The notes under the pieces: generated by a model
Databases searched by the model: none
What the model was told of the DNA's origin: nothing
Seen by the model: only the letters and a program-made list of their open reading frames with translations
Program-made: the position numbers and the translations under genes
Part shown: piece after piece, positions 14,813 through 26,377 of the stretch
Numbering within the stretch: the first letter of the stretch is position 1
How the letters are laid out: each line of letters opens with the position of its first letter
NCBI RefSeq assembly: GCF_006345805.1
Contig: NC_043000.1
Coordinates: forward strand, 79,546,001-79,610,000
Direction: 5' to 3'
Length of the DNA stretch: 64,000 nucleotides
Source: Octopus sinensis
Lineage: Eukaryota

Positions 14813-14939
14813 AAGGATTGCTTAAGTTTTCTGTCCCACTAGGTCATGAAGAGGCTGGCCACATCTCCAGCTACACTGACACCAATCACTGCACCTTGAA
14901 CTTGCATGAATAATTTCTTATTAAACTTTACTTAAAATT

Positions 14940-15007
<68 letters not shown>

Positions 15008-15140
15008 CAAGCAAAACGCCCACTGTCCAATGGACGGTGCTGTGTTGTCAAACATTTAAACCAAATTTTCTCAAAACAACATGTTCGACTGTCCCATAGG
15101 CCTCCCCTTTGAGAAACACTGATTTAACCTAAATTTGAGA

Positions 15141-15458
15141 CACTAGCAAAAGAAGAAATAAAGATAGACTTTTTCTATTCCAAAGAAAAACGATTTTATT
15201 TACACAAATATGCAACTGAAGAGTTTAAAGTACCAGTAAGTACATCGCAACAGCTGATGTACTTGCACGTACAGATGTATGTTCCCACGGCTTTATCAAT
15301 CGCATTCTCACCTGGAATTGATTTTTGTCATTTTGTTCAAGACTTATACACGCCCTGATACCGTCGGTATCTACATATCAAATTTGAGCACAATCGGATG
15401 GAAGATACCTGAGATCCTAGAAGACACACACAGACAGAACGGATTTTATATAACAGAT
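15141..15458 (-). mobile_element. Non-autonomous Helitron/DINE-like element fragment
   Basis: The minus strand begins TATCTGTTATATAAAATCCGTTCTGTCTGTGTGTG...CCGATTG..CTCAAATTT, like the 5' ends of 26378-26772 and 23355. CTAGT is at the far end, but no hairpin was seen. Confidence 0.4.
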
Positions 15459-15581
15459 AAACACAAATAAGTATATACATATGTATATACACACACACAA
15501 ATAAGTATATATATATATACAAAGTATATACATATATAAAAAGTATATACATATTTATATACACACACACACACAAATAAG

Positions 15582-15618
<37 letters not shown>

Positions 15619-15622
15619 CAAA

Positions 15623-15677
<55 letters not shown>

Positions 15678-15782
15678 CAACTAAGTGTTTATATATACAC
15701 ACACACAAATAAGTTTATATATATATATAAATAAAACTTACTTGGAAGATGATGCGTGGCATTCAATCATATAAAACTACAA

Positions 15783-15844
<62 letters not shown>

Positions 15845-16574
15845 GTGTATATATGTGTGTGTGTGTATATATATATATATACACATACATCTTTATATGT
15901 ACATACTGACATCTATACATAGATATATATATATACGCATATGTGGGCATAGGACGTCACGAAATATGTAGAAGAAAAGGATATGAAGTATGAGCACATG
16001 GAATACGAACTATTTTTTTGAACAACGAAAGACACAAATGGAAAACAAGACAAACAACATAAAGAATTACCCTTCATCAGTTGTTGCAAGGTTTTGTACT
16101 CTCGTATTTTGAGCATTTAACAGCAATATGTGCTTTCTTTAAAACAGTTGCTCCAAATAAGTAAATTAAATAAAATATTGTATTTTGTGGAGGGTCAAAA
16201 TTGATAACACGAGCAGGACAGTGAAAACAAACAGGAAGGGCTGCTAAACCTAAATGAGGTTGTGGTGGTGAGTGAATAAATCAATCTTGGATGGGAGACA
16301 GACAAGAACACGGCTTCCTTGTTCCAGATACAACGGAAAGAAAGGAAGATGGCCAATGGTCTCGTGGGAGCCATGTGAGCACAGGAGATGGGAGTGAGGG
16401 AGAGAATGACAGAGTAACAGGATAAAATAGAGGGAGAAGAGGAGGTAAACGAATAAGAGAGAGAAAGAGAGAAAAACGAATGAGTAAAAAGATTGTATAG
16501 GGGTATGACTGCCTTAGGCAGTAATTAAAGCTTGCATTCTACAAGGTACAAACTCGTACAAAGTTTCAATTGTT

Positions 16575-17690
16575 TCAAAAGGAATTTTTGTTCATTTTTC
16601 TGCTAAAACAGTCTCCAGTTTTTGTAGTGATGACGGTGGAGGATATCGAATCCTTACTTGTTTTTCTAAAATGCACCGTAAATGTTCAATAATATTGAGA
16701 TCTAGGGACTGTGGTGGCCAGATAGGATGTTCAACTTTATTAGAATGTTCCTCATGCCATTCACTAACAACTTTAGCTGTGCAAATTTGTGCATTATCAT
16801 CCTGAAAGATTGTGTTTCCCTCCAGAAACACTTCCACAACCATAGGATGAATTTGATCAGATAAAATGCTTAAATAGTCTTGAAAGGAAAATAGCATTGA
16901 AGGGAAACCATCAGGCCGGCGGATATCCAAAATATAGCCCCTTCAGATCAACACAGATCCTCCTCCATGTTTAACAGTTGGAAGAAGGCAGTCTGGGTCA
17001 AACACTTCTTTTGGCTGTCCCCACATGTAAACTCGGCCGGTGATTGGAAATATGGTAAAGAGTGACTCATCCGAGATAATAAGATTCTGCTCTAAGGACC
17101 AATACTGTAGGATTTCATTCCAATCAAAATGCTTTGCAACGTTTCTTTTCGAAAGTAGTGGTTTTCTGATTGCAGCCCTCTCGTGAAATCCGGTTTTGTG
17201 CAGCTCCCGGTGAACAATGTCTGTGGAAACTGGGTTCTTGAGGTGGTCATTAAGCTCTGCAGTAATTTTGTGATCCCTTCTAACTATTCGTGTAAGAGTT
17301 TGATGGTCCCTATCTGAAAGTTTTGGCTTTCTTCTGGATTCTTGTTTCAATGAGGTTTTTTCCTCTTTCTCAAAGGCTGTCATTATTTCTGAGACAGTAC
17401 TTCTTGATACACCAAACATTTCAGCTGTTTTCATTATGCTACCACCTGCCATACCACCACCAACAATTTGAGCTCTTTAAAATTCGCATAGATCTGTCAT
17501 TTTAGTGAATTTGAATTACCTTTTTCCTGATGATATCTGAAAAGAAACAGCAATTTTAGCAAAACATGTTAAGCAACACTAATAATGAAACAAAAAACAT
17601 AAAAATAAATAAGCTTTCCACAGTTTTATTGATATTTCAAAATTATGATGCTATGATCCTAGGTGTTTCCAATATTTTGTCCAATCCCTG
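16575..17690 (-). mobile_element. Tc1-like (DD34E) transposon, 3' end truncated
   Basis: ORFs 16943-17452 (HTH; ISDES; TVKHGGGSVLI) and 16592-16930 (FQDDNA; WPPQSLDLNIIEH). Terminal TA+CAGGGATTGGACAAAATATTGGAAACACC at 17690. Confidence 0.9.
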
Positions 17691-17699
17691 TATATATAC

Positions 17700-18160
17700 A
17701 TGAGACCGCAACCACGCATGTCTCGCCCATTTAAGAGTACTCCTGATGCATTCAGCGATATATGCTTGAAGAAGACTTGCTGAGTCAAGTAAAACCAATA
17801 TTGTAGCTGTGGCCAGTACCCCTTGACTGGCTCCCATGCTGGAGGGATATAAAAAGCACCATCGGTACGTGGCCAGTGTCACTGCCCCCCCCCCGCTCCC
17901 CACACACACACTTACTGGACCCATGCTGGTGACATATAAGGAGCACTATCTAAACATGATCGATTCCAGTCCCGACTGACTGGCTCCTGCGAAGGGGACA
18001 TGTAAAAAGCACCCACTACACTTTCAGAGACATTGGCGTTACGAAGAGCATCCAGCTGTGGAAACATGATGAGATTGGAGCTTGGTACAGTTGCTGGCTC
18101 TACAGACCTCAGTCAAACCATCCAACCAATCCTAGATTGGGAAAAGAAAGTTAAATGATA
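17700..18160 (+). mobile_element. Decayed RTE-family 3' UTR/tail fragment
   Basis: Shares GAAGAC.TG.TGAGTCAAGT, GCACCCACTACACT and the terminal AAATGATAATGA with 2770-3048 and 61544-62100. Confidence 0.55.
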
Positions 18161-18180
18161 ATGAAATACATATATATATT

Positions 18181-18237
<57 letters not shown>

Positions 18238-18312
18238 AATCCTTAAATCCTTAAAAATGTTTTAGCCCGAAGGCCGCAGTCATGCTGGGGCACCACCGAT
18301 GAATGAGCTACA

Positions 18313-21290
18313 CTAATTTGTGAATCTACCTCTGATACGTGGCACTTGATCAACAAGGGAGTTCGATGCTGCTGCCCGCATCCGCGTTTCCTGTCGTGAG
18401 GTAGGTTCATCTGGGACTCCCAACAAGAAGAGATCCAGTTTAGTTTTAAAGAAACCCACATCCACACCATGTAAGTCTCTCAGGCATTTAGGGAGGATGT
18501 CAAAGAGCTGTGGTCCTCTGAAACCCAAGCTGTTGCAGTATCTGGGCCTGTATTTTGATGGTGATGTTGGAATCCTTGGCACCATGCAGTGGCGCCCCGT
18601 TCTGCGGTTGGGGTAACTTTGAATGCCAAAGTTTGGGACAAGACCCTCCAGGATTTTCCAGATGTATATCACCGCATATCTCTATCGCCTCCGCTCTAGG
18701 GAGAAGAGGTTTAATACCTTCAGTCTTTCCCAGTAGCTGATATTTTGCATTGAGACAATTTTCTTTGTGTAGCTTCTCTGAATTGCTTCGAGTTCTGCTG
18801 TTAGTTTTATATTGTGTAGTGACCACAGTTGGGAGCAGTAGTCCAAGCGGCTGAGGACGAATGTTTTCCATAGGACCATCAGTGTCTCCTTCTCTCTTGT
18901 TCTGAAAGTTCGGACAATCCATCCAGCTAGCCGTCTGCATTTTATCACCAGATTAGCAATATGCACTTGGAAAGATGCATCATTGCTCATGTCAATGCCC
19001 AGGTCACGCACTGATTTTGACTCAGGGATTGCAATTCTTCCTGGGCCAGTGTATCCAGTCTTCACGTCGTTTACCTTTGTGTGCCAGTAGCGCAGGGCCT
19101 GGAACTTACCTGCATTAAACTGCATGATGTTGTCCTCAGCCCACCTGTATATTGTGTCCAGCTCATGTTGCAGATGCGCAATATTTTCAGGGTTTTGTAT
19201 TGCGTGGGAGACTTTTGTGTCATCTGCATAGCTAGCAAGGGTGGTCATCGTAGCAACTGAAGGCATGTCTGAAAGGCCACTATGAACATCAGTGGCCCCA
19301 AGACAGTGCCCTGTGGGACACCGCTTGTTATTTGCGTTTCCTTGGAGGTGGCTCCATTGCTCACAACTGCCTGTTTTCTGTCTTTTAGGAAGTTGTGCAG
19401 CCACTCTCCAAGTTTTCTGCCTATGCCGAGACCACGCAGTTTATGACAGATCATACCATGGTCGACTTTATCAAAGGCTTTTGCAAAGTCGAGATATATT
19501 ACATCCACATTTGAGCCATTTAGTAGCTGTTTCAACACCCAGTCATAGTGTTGCAGGAGCTGTGTTAGGCAGCCTCTACCTGGTCGAAATCCATGCTGGG
19601 TGTCAGACGGCAAGTCATTTTCTTCAAGGAACATGATTAGTTTCTTACGGACTATTTGTTCCATGATTTTGCTGATGTGTGAGGTCAGAGAGATAGGCCT
19701 ATAATTTTTAGCATCTGCTCTGCTACCTCCCTTATGGATAGGGCATATTACCCCCTCTTTCAATTTGACTGGGAGCTTACCACTTGCAAGAAAGCTCTGA
19801 AAAAGAAGCTGTAGCGGTTTTGCAAGGGCTCGTTTGCACGATTTGAGAAGGATCGCTGGGAATCCATCAGGTCCAGCAGCTGAGTTTGTGTCAATCTCAT
19901 CTATGGCTAGTGTGATATCATCATCTTCGATGTTGATGTACTCAATTTTTGCCTCTTTGGCCGCAGGTAAAGTGGCAAAGAATTCTTCTGGGTTGTTTAC
20001 TTGCCTGTGTCCTAGAGGTGTAGTGAACATACTTTGGAACTGTTCGTTCAGCATTTCACTTATCCTCGTGGGATTTCCTGCGAGAGAGCCATCTTTTTGG
20101 AAGAGAGGTCCTATTCTCTGGTGCACTGTGGCTGTCTCTTTGGCAAACTTAAAGAAAGCTTTAGGGTTTGATTTTATATTTTCTATTACCCAAGCTTCTT
20201 TATCTGCTCTCTCCTTATCATGGGACTGATGTAGACTTTTCTCAGTTTCCATTAGCATTCTTTCGAACCGAGACTTCTCACCACTTTTGATGTGCTTGCT
20301 CAGGCGGTTCGCAATCCTTGTCCGTCGTCTCATAAGAATCCTCCTTTCTCTAGGGATCCTGTTTTTGTTCTTGTGTCTGCTGGCCCTGCACACTGGGACA
20401 TATTTGTCACATATGGCTTGTATTATGGACATGAAGTGTTTGTGTTTCATGTTTATGTCCCGTGTGGAGAGACATTCAGGCCAATCCTGTTTGAGGATCT
20501 CTTTCTCAATCAACTTCCAGTTGGCTTTATGAAAGTTTAAGTTGGAGAGATGGTGGATGCTTCGCATAGGCTGTGTGTCTACGGGAGCTTTTGTTCCATA
20601 CATAGACAGCTCTATTATGTTGTGATCCGAGATCATTGTCGGCATCACATTAACATTATGGATAATATCCATATTATTTGTGAAGCAGAGATCCAGTATA
20701 TTATCTGCCCTTGTTGGTTGCAGAACTATTTGCTCCATGAAAGAGGCATTTGTGAGATGAAGCAGAGACTCCACCTGTGCCTGCTGATGGTGTGTCATCC
20801 CTGGGAACATCTGCCCCCCAGGCCATTCCACATTGGGGAGGTTAAAGTCACCCATGAAGAATACACTGTTGTGTTATTCAAAGTTGGTGAGGACTTCTCC
20901 TATTTTTGTTAGGCAATCTTCAAAGATGTCTCAGTGTTTTGGGGCATCTGGTGGGCGATATGTAGTGCATATGACAATATTCAGTTGTCTTATGTGTACA
21001 ATTTAAGTGTCACACACTGAGTTTGAATATGACATCAGAACCTGGGGTGTGAGGTCATCTCGGATGTACATTGCAACTCCACCATGGCTCCTCACTTTTC
21101 TATCTGAGCGTATGCCAGCATATTGCGGTATGTTTATTTCTGCATCTCCTATATCGGGTCCAAGATGCGTTTCTATGAGTGCCATACATATAGCTTGATT
21201 GCATGCCACAAGGTCTCTCAGGAATGAGATTTACCTTTTACAGTTGCCGCGCAGCAGCCCTCCTACATTCAGTAGAAATATTTTTGTGGT
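18313..21290 (-). pseudogene. CR1 ORF2: APE endonuclease + reverse transcriptase, disrupted
   Basis: IFLLNVGGL, LIETHL, SHGGVAMYIR, TYRPP, MGDFNLP, PGPDG-like AAGPDGFP, NYRPISLTS, QHGFRPGR, YLDFAKAFDKVDH, GVPQGTVLGP, YADD. The 536-aa stretch 19245-20855 is open. There is a frameshift near 19270, an in-frame stop at 18682-18684 and further lesions in the endonuclease. Confidence 0.92.
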
Positions 21291-22143
21291 GTGTGTTGGT
21301 GTCTGTGGTGGCCATCTTGCATCTGTTGGTGGTAGTTCCAGCTTTGTGTTTGTAGCCAGGTCAGCTGCTGAACAATTTTTTGTGCCATGCACAAAAAAGA
21401 TTGCTGTTCAGCTGCTGCCTTTCACATTTGGGTGAAGCTGGCCATTTGTTGGGCTACCGCGCACTACATCCGCATATCGTCTTTCAGGAGTGGTCAGTGC
21501 ACCATTTTCCCTTCTTTTATATTTTGCATTATCTTTTTGTTCACCCCGAGGGAGGGATTTTTGTCTTGTGTCCATGCAGTTTTGGCAGGGCTTCTGATGT
21601 GCGAAACAGCAGTTTGCACCTTCGACACCATGCCAGCAGCCTCCCTTCAGGTAGAATTTGCAGATGTTTCTGCTTTTGCCCTTATAGTTCTTGCTGGGGT
21701 TCTTCTGCTTTTTCTGAACATTTTTTGTTTTAGTTTTCTTGTCTTTTACCTCTTGTTTTCCGTCGATTTTAGGGTGCTTTCCTTTTTTTGCGGCCATCGC
21801 ACTTCTTTGGTATTCAGTTGTGTTGGGAGCTGGACATGTGCCATTGTTTCCCTTGGTTGCTGGTTTCTCGGTTGTGTCTTTTATTGGGTCCTGGATGTTT
21901 TCTCCATCCTTTTGGTCCTAACTGGTGATGTCCTAGGATGATGTCCAGAGTGTCCATGTGTTGCCTGATTAGAGCGTATGAACGGAGGAATTTCCATTTC
22001 TTTCGCTCTATCTGGGCGGTGGTCCTCGAGAAATCATTGCTCTTAAGCGCTGCTGCAATGATATTGTTTGGCAAATCGCCCTCGGCAATCTTCCAGGCGC
22101 GGACGAACAATTGCAACTCTCTCGCAGACCAGTTCCTTGACAT
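21269..22143 (-). pseudogene. CR1 ORF1, disrupted: trihelix Myb/SANT-like domain, Lys-rich linker, CCCH finger, Gln-rich C-terminus
   Basis: ATG at 22143 gives MSRNWSARELQLFVRAW...IIAAALKSNDFSRTTAQIERKKWKFLRSY...LDIILG. A frameshift near 21920 leads to CKFYLKGGCWHGVEGANCCFAH (21597-21662). A second frameshift leads to EQQSFLCMAQKIVQQLTWLQ, ending over the ORF2 start. Confidence 0.65.
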
Positions 22144-22884
22144 TTTCACCTGAGATACAGTGCGAGTGAAATAGAGGAACAGAGAGAGAAGGAAAGATAA
22201 GATGGTTGACCTGAGAGGGAGAGGAGAGAACAAAAAAGCAGGGGGGGGAGATAGAGAGGGAGACAAGGGGATTGACCTGAGAGAAGAGAGAAAGAATGGC
22301 AGGTCAGCAGGGGGAGAGTGAGTGGGATAGAGGTGTGGTACTGAGAAAGTAAAGGGACAGGGAGGAAAACAGAGACAAGGGGATGAACCTTAGGAGGAGA
22401 AGGGAGAAGAAAGGCAGAGAAAAAAATGGAGAGGGAGAGAGAGGGCGGGATAGAGGTACCACAGAGTGAAGTAAAGGGACAGAGAGGGTGGTGTGAAGAA
22501 AGAAGGAGACAGAGAGAGGAAAAGAGAGACAAGGGGGTGAACCTTAGAGGGAGCAGGGAGAGGAAAGGTAGGAAGAAAAAGGGAAGAGGGAAAGAGAGGG
22601 CAGGACAGAGGTAGAAGAGAGTGTAGTAAAGGGACAGGGAGGGTGGTGTAGAGAAAGAAGGGGACACAAGAAGGAAAAGAGAAAATGGGGTTTGACCTGA
22701 GGAGCAGAGAGAAGAGAGGCAGAGAGAGGGAGAGAGAGGGTGGGATAGAGATACAGGAGAGAATGAGTGAAATAGAGGAACAGAGAGGGGGGATGAGATG
22801 TGAGAAAGTTGATCAAAGAGAGAGCAGGGGGGGAGATGCAGAATGAGAAACGATGGCAGAGAGAGGGAGAGCGAGAGAGATAAG

Positions 22885-23236
22885 ATATATATACAAATAT
22901 ACATATATATACATACATATATATATACAAATATACATATATATATACATACATATATATACAAATATACATATATATATATACAAATATACATATATAT
23001 ATACATATATATACAAATATACATATATATATATACAAATATACATACATATATATATACATATATATATACACATACATATATATACATATATATATAC
23101 ATACATATATATACATATATATATACATACATATATATATATATACACATACATACTTATACATATACATATATATATACATATATATATATACATATAT
23201 ATATATACATACATATTATATATATACATACATATA

Positions 23237-23268
<32 letters not shown>

Positions 23269-23354
23269 CATACATATATATACATACATACATATATATA
23301 TACATACATACATACATATATAGATACATACATATATATATACATACATACATA
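22885..23354. repeat. Compound (TA)n/(TACA)n microsatellite
   Basis: Directly visible. Confidence 0.95.
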
Positions 23355-23891
23355 TCTCTTATTATAAAAGGCAGATTTTATCTGCCTCCCTTTGTAACTT
23401 ATAGAAATCTACAATATAGGATTTCTTCAATTACAATTTACCTAGCATTTTTAAGAGTAGAATGCATCGGGTCATGCCAGGTCCAGTTTTTAAAATTTAA
23501 ACTCCAATTAAGCAAAATTTACAGGAAACTCACATTCTGGTGTGTATGTCAAATGCTTTTCTTAATGTGGTTTACACCACACGCACACACAGTGTGCAAC
23601 GAATAAAATGAAAGTAAATAGCGACAGAGTGATTTGAGGAAGACTAAACTGAAAGTATTTAAACCACTACTCAAAAAAAAAAAAACACAGCAAACAGAAA
23701 CAAATAAATACATAACGATTTACTCCTCAACACATTTCTTCAATTAGAGTTTACCTAAGATTTTTCAAAGTACTCCATTCGGTCATGCCATAATATATTT
23801 CTTTCATTTCACCCCCAATTAAGACAAAATTCGAGAAAACTCAATATTTTAACATTTCACTCCGAAAGCATTGATGTACATGTGTGCGTGC

Positions 23892-23926
<35 letters not shown>

Positions 23927-25001
23927 ATGGGTTGTGCGACACAGAAAGTGTTGTGTAAGTGAAGTGCTTTTGTTAGTATGTGTAAAGAGACAGACAGAAA
24001 GACAGAAATAACTGAACTTTTTTTATTCACTTTTTGTAGTGAGTGACTGAGAGAGAAAAGAGAGAGAGAGGTTATGTATGTATATATGTATGTATGGCTT
24101 CAGTGACACACACCACACAAAAAACATACCTACGTACACCTAAAGCACGCACACACACACACACACACAAGCGGAGCGCGAACTTCAAAATTTTGGTAGT
24201 ATTAATTTGCGAGCGTACTTCTAAGCGCGCGTAATTGAAAGTTTCACTATGATATCATCATGTGCCAAAAAATTCGAAGGGTTTGAACAATTGAGATACA
24301 GATGTCACACCTGTATTGAAACCATTGCTAAGCTGCGTAATTGCTTAATTAAGACTTTGTTTAAATTGAAAGGGGCAAATATGTGACGAGGTTGAAAAAA
24401 AATACCCCAGAAAAAAAATGTACTGCTGGTATTTATATAATTCACTACTATTTTGCTACAATGTCATGAAAAAGAAAAAATTTAGGTATGTAAATCGAAT
24501 TCGCCACCCCTTTTCCCCGTTCGCGTTTGTGTAAAAAAAATTATTATTTAAGTTTTAAAAATTATTTACTTTGTTCAAAAATATTAATATTAATTAATTT
24601 TCAAGAATTATTTAATTTTATTCTGTAAAATAGTATTAATTCATTTATCTGTAAATCCGCGAGGTTGTTACTTAGGCACCTAGAATGGTAACCTTCAACT
24701 AACACTATCTCCTCCGAGACCCTGCGGCGCAAGTTGACCAAAATTGAGAGTATGGTAGAAGAAGGGTTGCTCTTCCTTCCGTAGAACATAAAATTCAAAT
24801 CGGACCATGTTAACACCAAAAATTATTTACATCAAAAAGATGCTTTTTCTATGAAAATCCCTATTTTTTACGATTTTTTTCACTGCTGTGTCGCCACTTT
24901 TCGGGTATTTCGATCAGAAAAATGTTCACAAAATTTTTACTTTTCAAAATTACAATTCCAGCGGGTCGAAACAAACCCGAGCAACGCGGGCGATACTGCT
25001 A
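23355..25001 (+). mobile_element. Non-autonomous Helitron-like element
   Basis: Starts A|TCTCTTATTATAAAAG. Ends with the hairpin CCCGAGCAACGCGGG + CGATACTGCTA (the terminal G of CTAG is absent). Contains an internal duplicated block (about 23420-23540 vs 23733-23850). No TIR or TSD. Confidence 0.6.
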
Positions 25002-25015
25002 TATATATATATATA

Positions 25016-25049
<34 letters not shown>

Positions 25050-25172
25050 TATATATACATACATACATATATATACATACATACATACATATATACATAC
25101 GTACATATATACATATATACATACGTACATATATACATACATATATACATACATACATACATACATATATAC

Positions 25173-25219
<47 letters not shown>

Positions 25220-25344
25220 CACATACATATATATATACATATATATATATATTTACATACATATATATATATACATATATATATATTCACATACATATAT
25301 ATATACATATATATATATTCACATACATATATATACATATATGA
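25002..25344. repeat. Compound (TA)n/(TACA)n microsatellite
   Basis: Directly visible. Confidence 0.95.
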
Positions 25345-25531
25345 TTTTGATTTTGATTTTAATTTTTCCAGTTTCAGCTAATGAGCTGTGGCCATGCTGG
25401 GGCACCGCCATTTGGTTTGCTACATGATTTTACCTCACGGATGCTTTTTAGCAAACGCCATCTGATGCATGAGAGAGTTCGATGCAGCTGCCCTCATCTG
25501 CACCTCCTGCCGTGAAGTTGGTTCATCCGGG
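25345..25531 (-). mobile_element. Short 3' end of a related CR1 family
   Basis: Encodes PDEPTSRQEVQMRAAASNSL, matching PDEPTSRQETRMRAAASNSL at 18340-18415. Same GGTGCCCCAGCATGGCC stem and an (AAAATC)n tail. Confidence 0.78.
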
Positions 25532-25659
25532 ACATACATATATATACATATATCTATACCTATATATATATATACATACATATATATATATATATATACA
25601 TACATATATATATATAATTACTGCAGAGATGCTCAAAATATCTGGCAGTGTCGGTTATA

Positions 25660-25759
25660 NNNNNNNNNNNNNNNNNNNNNNNNNNNNNNNNNNNNNNNNN
25701 NNNNNNNNNNNNNNNNNNNNNNNNNNNNNNNNNNNNNNNNNNNNNNNNNNNNNNNNNNN
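25660..25759. other. Assembly gap (100 N, true size unknown)
   Basis: Run of N. Confidence 1.
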
Positions 25760-25995
25760 AAAATTTTGAAAAGTTCCCCCAGTTCTGAAAAAAATAGATA
25801 AATTTGACATGGGGTTGAGAATCAGAAACACAAACCGCAAACTGTCTAGGGGACGCAAGTCCACCTTTTTTTACTCTCAAACAAAATTTACCATCATTTT
25901 TTTCCATTTTTTGCTATTTTTTGGCTATAACTCTCTAAAAATGCTTTATAGTTATTTCCCTTACAAACCTGAGCAACGCCGGGCGATACTGCTAG
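25760..25995 (+). mobile_element. Helitron-like 3' end
   Basis: Ends CCTGAGCAACGCCGGGCGATACTGCTAG|T, a GC hairpin followed by CTAG as in canonical Helitron 3' termini. Confidence 0.65.
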
Positions 25996-26085
25996 TATAC
26001 TATATATATATATATACATACATATATATATATATAATATACATATATATATATATACTATATATACATATATATATATATATAC

Positions 26086-26116
<31 letters not shown>

Positions 26117-26131
26117 CTATATATATATATA

Positions 26132-26165
<34 letters not shown>

Positions 26166-26258
26166 ATATATATATATATATATATATATATGTAGGTCCC
26201 GGGTTGAGTCGGGTTAACCACAGTAAATAAGGTACTCAATACATAGCAGAGTAAATTA

Positions 26259-26356
26259 ATTTATTTTATAGAAGGAGCTTCTACAGGACTAGAACTGATG
26301 ATTTATTTTGAATGAAACAGTTCTAGTCCTGTAGAAGCTCCTTCTATAAAATAAAT
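26259..26356. repeat. Perfect 39-bp inverted repeat with a 20-nt loop
   Basis: Arms 26259-26297 and 26318-26356 are exact reverse complements. Confidence 0.95.
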
Positions 26357-26377
26357 ATATATATATATATATATATA

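Larger units (their letters stand above)
18237..22880 (-). mobile_element. Near full-length CR1-type LINE (ORF1 + ORF2), inactivated, flanked by (TA)n
   Basis: Contains APE endonuclease, RT and C-terminal domains. The 3' stem-loop GGTGGTGCCCCAGCATG.C..CGGCC is followed by an (ATTTAAGG)n tail at 18237-18257. The 5' boundary is uncertain (22150-22880 array). Confidence 0.9.

Noticed and set aside
15960-16570. Second CTGATGA on the minus strand (about 16073-16079) in a possible Penelope-like repeat
   Set aside because: No GAAA at a suitable distance downstream. The nearby GAAA-stem ends in UG, which is not a cleavable NUH, and no GIY-YIG or RT motif was seen.
18500-21941. Plus-strand and off-frame ORFs over the CR1 (18555-21941, 18500-18940)
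   Set aside because: Shadow ORFs of the LINE coding strand with no independent motifs.
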